A DNA stretch of 41,646 nt from Luminiphilus sp. (GTDB lineage: Bacteria > Pseudomonadota > Gammaproteobacteria > Pseudomonadales > Halieaceae). A model generated the notes under the pieces. The model searched no databases, was not told the origin of the DNA, and saw only the letters and a list, made by a program, of their open reading frames with translations. This document shows, one piece after another, positions 37,549 through 41,646 of the stretch. The translations under genes were made by a program, and so were the position numbers. The stretch spans positions 1-41,646 of the forward strand of contig CBFHMA010000001.1 of assembly GCA_965656775.1 (NCBI GenBank). The letters run 5' to 3'. Position 1 is the stretch's first letter. Every line of letters starts with the position of its first letter.

Positions 37549-38940
37549 TTAATCCCAGCTTTTAGCATCCAAATCGAGGGCGGGAAGCGCCGACCGATGA
37601 AAGACAGGCACCGACTGCTGAGTAGGCCGCTCATAGTCCCCCAGCAGTTTTAGCGCGATAGGATACAGGGCCCAGAGCGCCAGCAAATTCACAACGGCTA
37701 GCAAGCCCATGGTGAAATCAGAAAACCCAAATACAGTGCCAAGGTCCTGCAGCGATGCCCAGCCTATCAAGGCCAAAATAAACAGTCTGAATGCCCCGAT
37801 GGTCAGCTTGGGAGAGACATCGAAGTAGGCAATACTGTTTTCTCCGAGGTAGCAGTTGTAGGCAATTGAGCTCACCGCAAACATCACCAATGCAATACTG
37901 ACCAGTTGCTCACCAATAGGGCCAATATGAGAAGCCAGGGCAATTTGTGTGAGTGCCACACCTTCTACAGCATTAGCACCGGGATCATAGATTGGCGACA
38001 ACAGAATAATTAAGGCGGTACATGTACAAAGCACAATGGTGTCGATAAAGACGCTGAGAGCCTGAATAAGCCCCTGAGAGATAGGATGCTCAACATCGGC
38101 GGCAGCCGCCACATTAGGCGCTGTTCCCAAACCTGCCTCATTGGAAAACAAACCTCGGCGAGCACCTTGCATAATGACCGCCGCGATGCCCCCACCGACC
38201 ACTTGCTCCAACCCGAATGCCGATCTGAGCACTAGGCCCAATGCGGCGGGGATTTCAGTGGCATTGAGCACTAGAACCACAAGGGCCAGCAGAAAATAAC
38301 CCAACACCATAATGGGAACGATGATCTCTGAGAACAGCGCTATGCGACGAATACCACCAAATAATATGACTGCCATCATGGCTGTTAGGGCTATCCCTGA
38401 CTGCCAAGCGGGAACACCAAAGGCGCTCTCGATAGACGCGGTGACTGCATAAGATTGCACAGCATTGAAACCGAGCCCGGTGGTTAACAACAGCAGACAC
38501 GAGTACACCACGGGCAATACTCGCCAACCCAGACCGTGCCGCATGTAATAGGCCGGTCCACCGCGAAAATCATCATCGTCATGCTTGCGCTTGAACAGCT
38601 GAGCCAGCGCACACTCAAACAAACTGGTAGCCATACCCAAGAGAGCAATAAGCCACATCCAAAACAGGGCTCCCGGGCCACCCAGGGTCATGGCGACTGC
38701 CACACCGGCGATATTGCCACCACCGACACGACCCGCAACGCTCACTACCAGCGCCTGGAAACCACTGATTCCGCGGCTAGTACCCGATAAATGGCTGTGC
38801 CAAAGACCTTTGAACATAGCGCCAAAGAGTCGCAACTGGACAAATCGGGAGCCCACCGTAAATCGAAGGCCGACCGCGAGTAAGGCCGCGATCAACACGT
38901 AGGACCAAAGCCAATCGGTGACAGTTGCGAGTAATACCAT
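37549..38940 (-). CDS. Alanine/glycine:cation symporter (AGCS/AlsT family)
   Basis: GRVGGGNIAGVA, GGPGALFWMW, GGPAYY, FSNEAGLG, DTIVLCT. Confidence 0.93.
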   Translation of the reverse strand: MVLLATVTDWLWSYVLIAALLAVGLRFTVGSRFVQLRLFGAMFKGLWHSHLSGTSRGISGFQALVVSVAGRVGGGNIAGVAVAMTLGGPGALFWMWLIALLGMATSLFECALAQLFKRKHDDDDFRGGPAYYMRHGLGWRVLPVVYSCLLLLTTGLGFNAVQSYAVTASIESAFGVPAWQSGIALTAMMAVILFGGIRRIALFSEIIVPIMVLGYFLLALVVLVLNATEIPAALGLVLRSAFGLEQVVGGGIAAVIMQGARRGLFSNEAGLGTAPNVAAAADVEHPISQGLIQALSVFIDTIVLCTCTALIILLSPIYDPGANAVEGVALTQIALASHIGPIGEQLVSIALVMFAVSSIAYNCYLGENSIAYFDVSPKLTIGAFRLFILALIGWASLQDLGTVFGFSDFTMGLLAVVNLLALWALYPIALKLLGDYERPTQQSVPVFHRSALPALDLDAKSWD

Positions 38941-38943
38941 TAT

Positions 38944-40293
38944 TTAAACCAACCCAGTGATCAAGATAAGAGCGATGGCAGGCACCGCCACAAAGCGCAG
39001 CAACCATCGCCACAAGCCGTAGCTCGTTTCACTGAGCGCAAGCTCATCGGCACTGTGGGCGCGCGACATAAACCAACCGACGAATAAAGCAATAAATAAT
39101 CCACCCGCCGGCAGGAGTATCTTGGTAGGTAAAGCGTCGGCAATATCATTAAAATTCATGCCTGCCACTCGTACGTCGGCGATGACGTTATAAGACAGCA
39201 CACTGGCAATAGCGCATACGGTTACCGTCAGTACCACCGCTGCGGCGCCAACATGCCGGTTAATGCCAAAGCGTTCGTCAATCCATGCGGTGACTGACTC
39301 GAGCAAGCCCACCATGGAGGTAATACCCGCCACAGACAGCATGAGAAAAAACAGTACCGCAAACACGTGGCCACCCGGCATTTGCGCAAACGCCACCGGT
39401 AATGTCTGGAAAATGAGGCCAGCACCGCTAGCGATATCGAGCCCATGATGGAAGACCGCCGGGAACACCACAAAGCCCGCTAGTAACGCTACCAAGGTAT
39501 CGGCAATAACGACGATTAGCGCACCTTGGGTGATGGAGAAGTGTCTCGGTAAATAAGCACCATAGGTCATCATGCCGCCCATACCTACCCCAATAGAGAA
39601 GAACGCTTGGCCAACAGCGGCCAACAGGGTATCGGGGCCTACTTTGGAAAAATCTGGCGTAAATAACCACTCTAGGGTGGCCATAAAGCCCCCCGTAAAT
39701 ACGTTGTAAATACCCAGACCAATCAGTAGCGCAAACATCAGAGGCATGAGGATGCTGACTGCCCGTTCGATGCCCTCTTTCACACCGGCAAAGATGATAG
39801 CCCCGACCACCACATTCCCCACAAGCGTCCAGAACAACATCCCGGAGCCATCGGCCAGAATGTGCTCGAAGGTTTGTGTGGCACTCTCGGCGGTAACCCC
39901 AGCGAACCCGGTGAACAAAGCCTTACTGAGGTACCAAAGCACCCATCCGACGACCACCGAATAGGTAATTGCAATGGTGAAAGCGGTGAGTACGCCCATG
40001 CCACCCACCCAACTCCAATGACGACTGCGCCCCGATTCCTCAGCAACACGGGCCATCGATTCCGGAGGACTATGTTGTCCGCGCCGGCCCACTAACAACT
40101 CAGCGATGAGACAGGGCACACCGATGCCAACGGCACACGCTAGGTAGACCAATACAAAGGCAGAACCGCCATTCTCACCGGTTACATAGGGAAATCGCCA
40201 GATGTTACCCAGCCCGACGGCAAACCCCACCGATGCCATCACAAACGCAAAACGACTCGACCAATGGGCGCTACTCGACGCGGCTCCCGTCAT
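38944..40293 (-). CDS. Sodium-dependent transporter (NSS/SNF family)
   Basis: WSSR..F, AVGLGNIWRFPY..GENGG.AF, GQAFFS, G.GL.F..LP. Confidence 0.93.
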   Translation of the reverse strand: MTGAASSSAHWSSRFAFVMASVGFAVGLGNIWRFPYVTGENGGSAFVLVYLACAVGIGVPCLIAELLVGRRGQHSPPESMARVAEESGRSRHWSWVGGMGVLTAFTIAITYSVVVGWVLWYLSKALFTGFAGVTAESATQTFEHILADGSGMLFWTLVGNVVVGAIIFAGVKEGIERAVSILMPLMFALLIGLGIYNVFTGGFMATLEWLFTPDFSKVGPDTLLAAVGQAFFSIGVGMGGMMTYGAYLPRHFSITQGALIVVIADTLVALLAGFVVFPAVFHHGLDIASGAGLIFQTLPVAFAQMPGGHVFAVLFFLMLSVAGITSMVGLLESVTAWIDERFGINRHVGAAAVVLTVTVCAIASVLSYNVIADVRVAGMNFNDIADALPTKILLPAGGLFIALFVGWFMSRAHSADELALSETSYGLWRWLLRFVAVPAIALILITGLV

Positions 40294-40416
40294 GGATAAA
40301 TCCCTCTTTTTTTGGCTATCGACTCGGTAGTCGGTTACTCGTCACGGGCCTTCCTGTAAATAGCGACGACCAATGCGAGATGATTATTAAGTTTTTATGA
40401 CAGATTCAGGTCTAAC

Positions 40417-41154
40417 CTACAACTGGCCATCGAGGACAACATCAAAGCCCTTGTCGTTGGGTACACCAAATAACATGAGCGACGGGCGGAGCCCCTCATT
40501 AGCTACCGCGGGGCCACTGATCTCGAAATCAACCTGCCAATCACGCCCCTCAAGTGCCAAGTCCCCGGCCACAACAAGCGGCCCGGACAAAGTGATAACC
40601 GAGCCTGTCACAGCGCCATCACTACCTGAAACATCAAGCGCATAATTGCCGAGGGCAACGTCGCCCTGTCGGGCAGCCCACACACCATCTTGCCACACGA
40701 TGCGAGCCTCTATAGCGCTCAGCTGGCGATTATCAATCAGGGCTTCGGGGACAGTCACTTGTATCTGACCACCTACATACAAGGGCAAGAGGTTACGTAA
40801 AAAACGCACGTCCAGCTGCAGACTGACGTCCTCTAGTGATGCCGTACCACCGAGCCCAAGTGACACACGACCGTCGAAGCGCTGACTACCCCAAACACTG
40901 CTGACATGGGCAGCAGGACTCAGTGTCAACACAGACAAGGGCTCGAGACGCCAGCTGAGTCGTCCCAGTACAAAACGCTTACCATCAACGATTACTGCTG
41001 CACGGGCCGCTGTACCCTGCCAGAGGGTGCCAGCGACGCCCTCTAACTTAACGTTTTGGGGGAGTAACGACGCAACGACACGGCTGGGAAATTGCTGGAT
41101 GAGCAAAGCCAACAGCAGCACACCGATCCCGGCGAAAATACGCACTCGCGACAT
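40417..41154 (-). CDS. gspN: Type II secretion system protein N
   Basis: N-terminal TM with a P motif, GTLWQG, beta-rich remainder; follows gspM. Confidence 0.82.
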   Translation of the reverse strand: MSRVRIFAGIGVLLLALLIQQFPSRVVASLLPQNVKLEGVAGTLWQGTAARAAVIVDGKRFVLGRLSWRLEPLSVLTLSPAAHVSSVWGSQRFDGRVSLGLGGTASLEDVSLQLDVRFLRNLLPLYVGGQIQVTVPEALIDNRQLSAIEARIVWQDGVWAARQGDVALGNYALDVSGSDGAVTGSVITLSGPLVVAGDLALEGRDWQVDFEISGPAVANEGLRPSLMLFGVPNDKGFDVVLDGQL

Positions 41155-41159
41155 AACGA

Positions 41160-41630
41160 TCAGCTCGACTTCGCCAAACGCAGGGTTGCGTTCACACCAC
41201 CGCTACGCCCCGCTTGACTAATAGAAGCATCGACCACGACCAGCCCATCAACGACCTCTATGCGATACAACCAACGTACCAACGCATCGTATTCAACGCT
41301 CTCGAAACGCACTTGTACCTCGCCGCGGCTGTTGGGCTGCAAACGGCGAACAGGCAGACCGGCTAACTCACTTGAGCGACTAATAGCCGCAGTGAGGTTG
41401 TTGTCATCACCGGCACTTCCGCCAGCACGTAAACCCACCAGCTGCGTGACTTTAGCGTCGACCCGAGCCAACAGAGCGACCGCCGCTTCATTATTCATGG
41501 CCATTTGTTGACGCTGAGCAGCAGCGGGCGCCAGCAAAAGCTGATAAACCAACCACAGAGCCACTGCGGCCCCCATCAGCAACACATAGATTTGCTCGCG
41601 CTGACTTAAATTTTGAAACCACGCCTTCAT
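41160..41630 (-). CDS. gspM: Type II secretion system protein M
   Basis: W...LSQRE, single TM, RLQP, V.YDALVRWL, G.VNA.L.L. Confidence 0.85.
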   Translation of the reverse strand: MKAWFQNLSQREQIYVLLMGAAVALWLVYQLLLAPAAAQRQQMAMNNEAAVALLARVDAKVTQLVGLRAGGSAGDDNNLTAAISRSSELAGLPVRRLQPNSRGEVQVRFESVEYDALVRWLYRIEVVDGLVVVDASISQAGRSGGVNATLRLAKSS

Positions 41631-41646
41631 GCACCCACCCCCGTCG
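41627..41646 (-). CDS. Probable last codons of the upstream gene (gspL expected)
   Basis: ...ACG GGG GTG GGT GCA TGA overlaps the gspM ATG (ATGA coupling). Identity rests on expected gsp gene order only. Confidence 0.3.

Noticed and set aside
1-41646. tRNA/rRNA genes, CRISPR arrays, IS/integrase/prophage genes, defence systems, ops/JUMPstart element
   Set aside because: No T-loop/anticodon cloverleaf, spaced direct repeats, transposase/integrase motifs or intergenic GGCGGTAG were found by eye; all intergenic gaps are under 250 bp.

Overview
This 41.6-kb window is gene-dense core chromosome from a gammaproteobacterium. Gene order and protein style suggest a marine Cellvibrionales/Halieaceae (OM60/NOR5-like) organism; that is inference. 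From left to right it holds: a truncated acyclic-terpene (atu)-like carboxylation operon; a DHH phosphoesterase and comEA; the conserved gyrA-serC-pheA-tyrA-aroA-cmk-rpsA-ihfB-lapA-lapB-pyrF supraoperon; the divergent deaminase-ubiG-mupP-yciK block; yciV-yciO-scpA-scpB-rluB; yciB-SH3-ppiA-pdxJ-rluA; DUF2244-rimO-rsmE; msrA; a poorly characterised block (small ORF, vWA protein, membrane J-domain protein, small ORF) upstream of a sigma32-type htpX-HtrA pair; two Na+-coupled amino-acid transporters; and the end of a type II secretion operon (gspM, gspN). I saw no tRNA, rRNA, CRISPR array, integrase or transposase. The best candidates for something undescribed are (1) the vWA plus Pam18-like J-domain module next to membrane proteases, whose vWA gene lacks an in-frame start codon, (2) a compact three-way-junction RNA structure at 4512-4597, (3) a ~30-bp promoter motif shared by two distant loci, and (4) a perfect in-frame (GGTATC)8 microsatellite in scpB. 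All calls come from reading sequence and motifs by eye; no searches were run.
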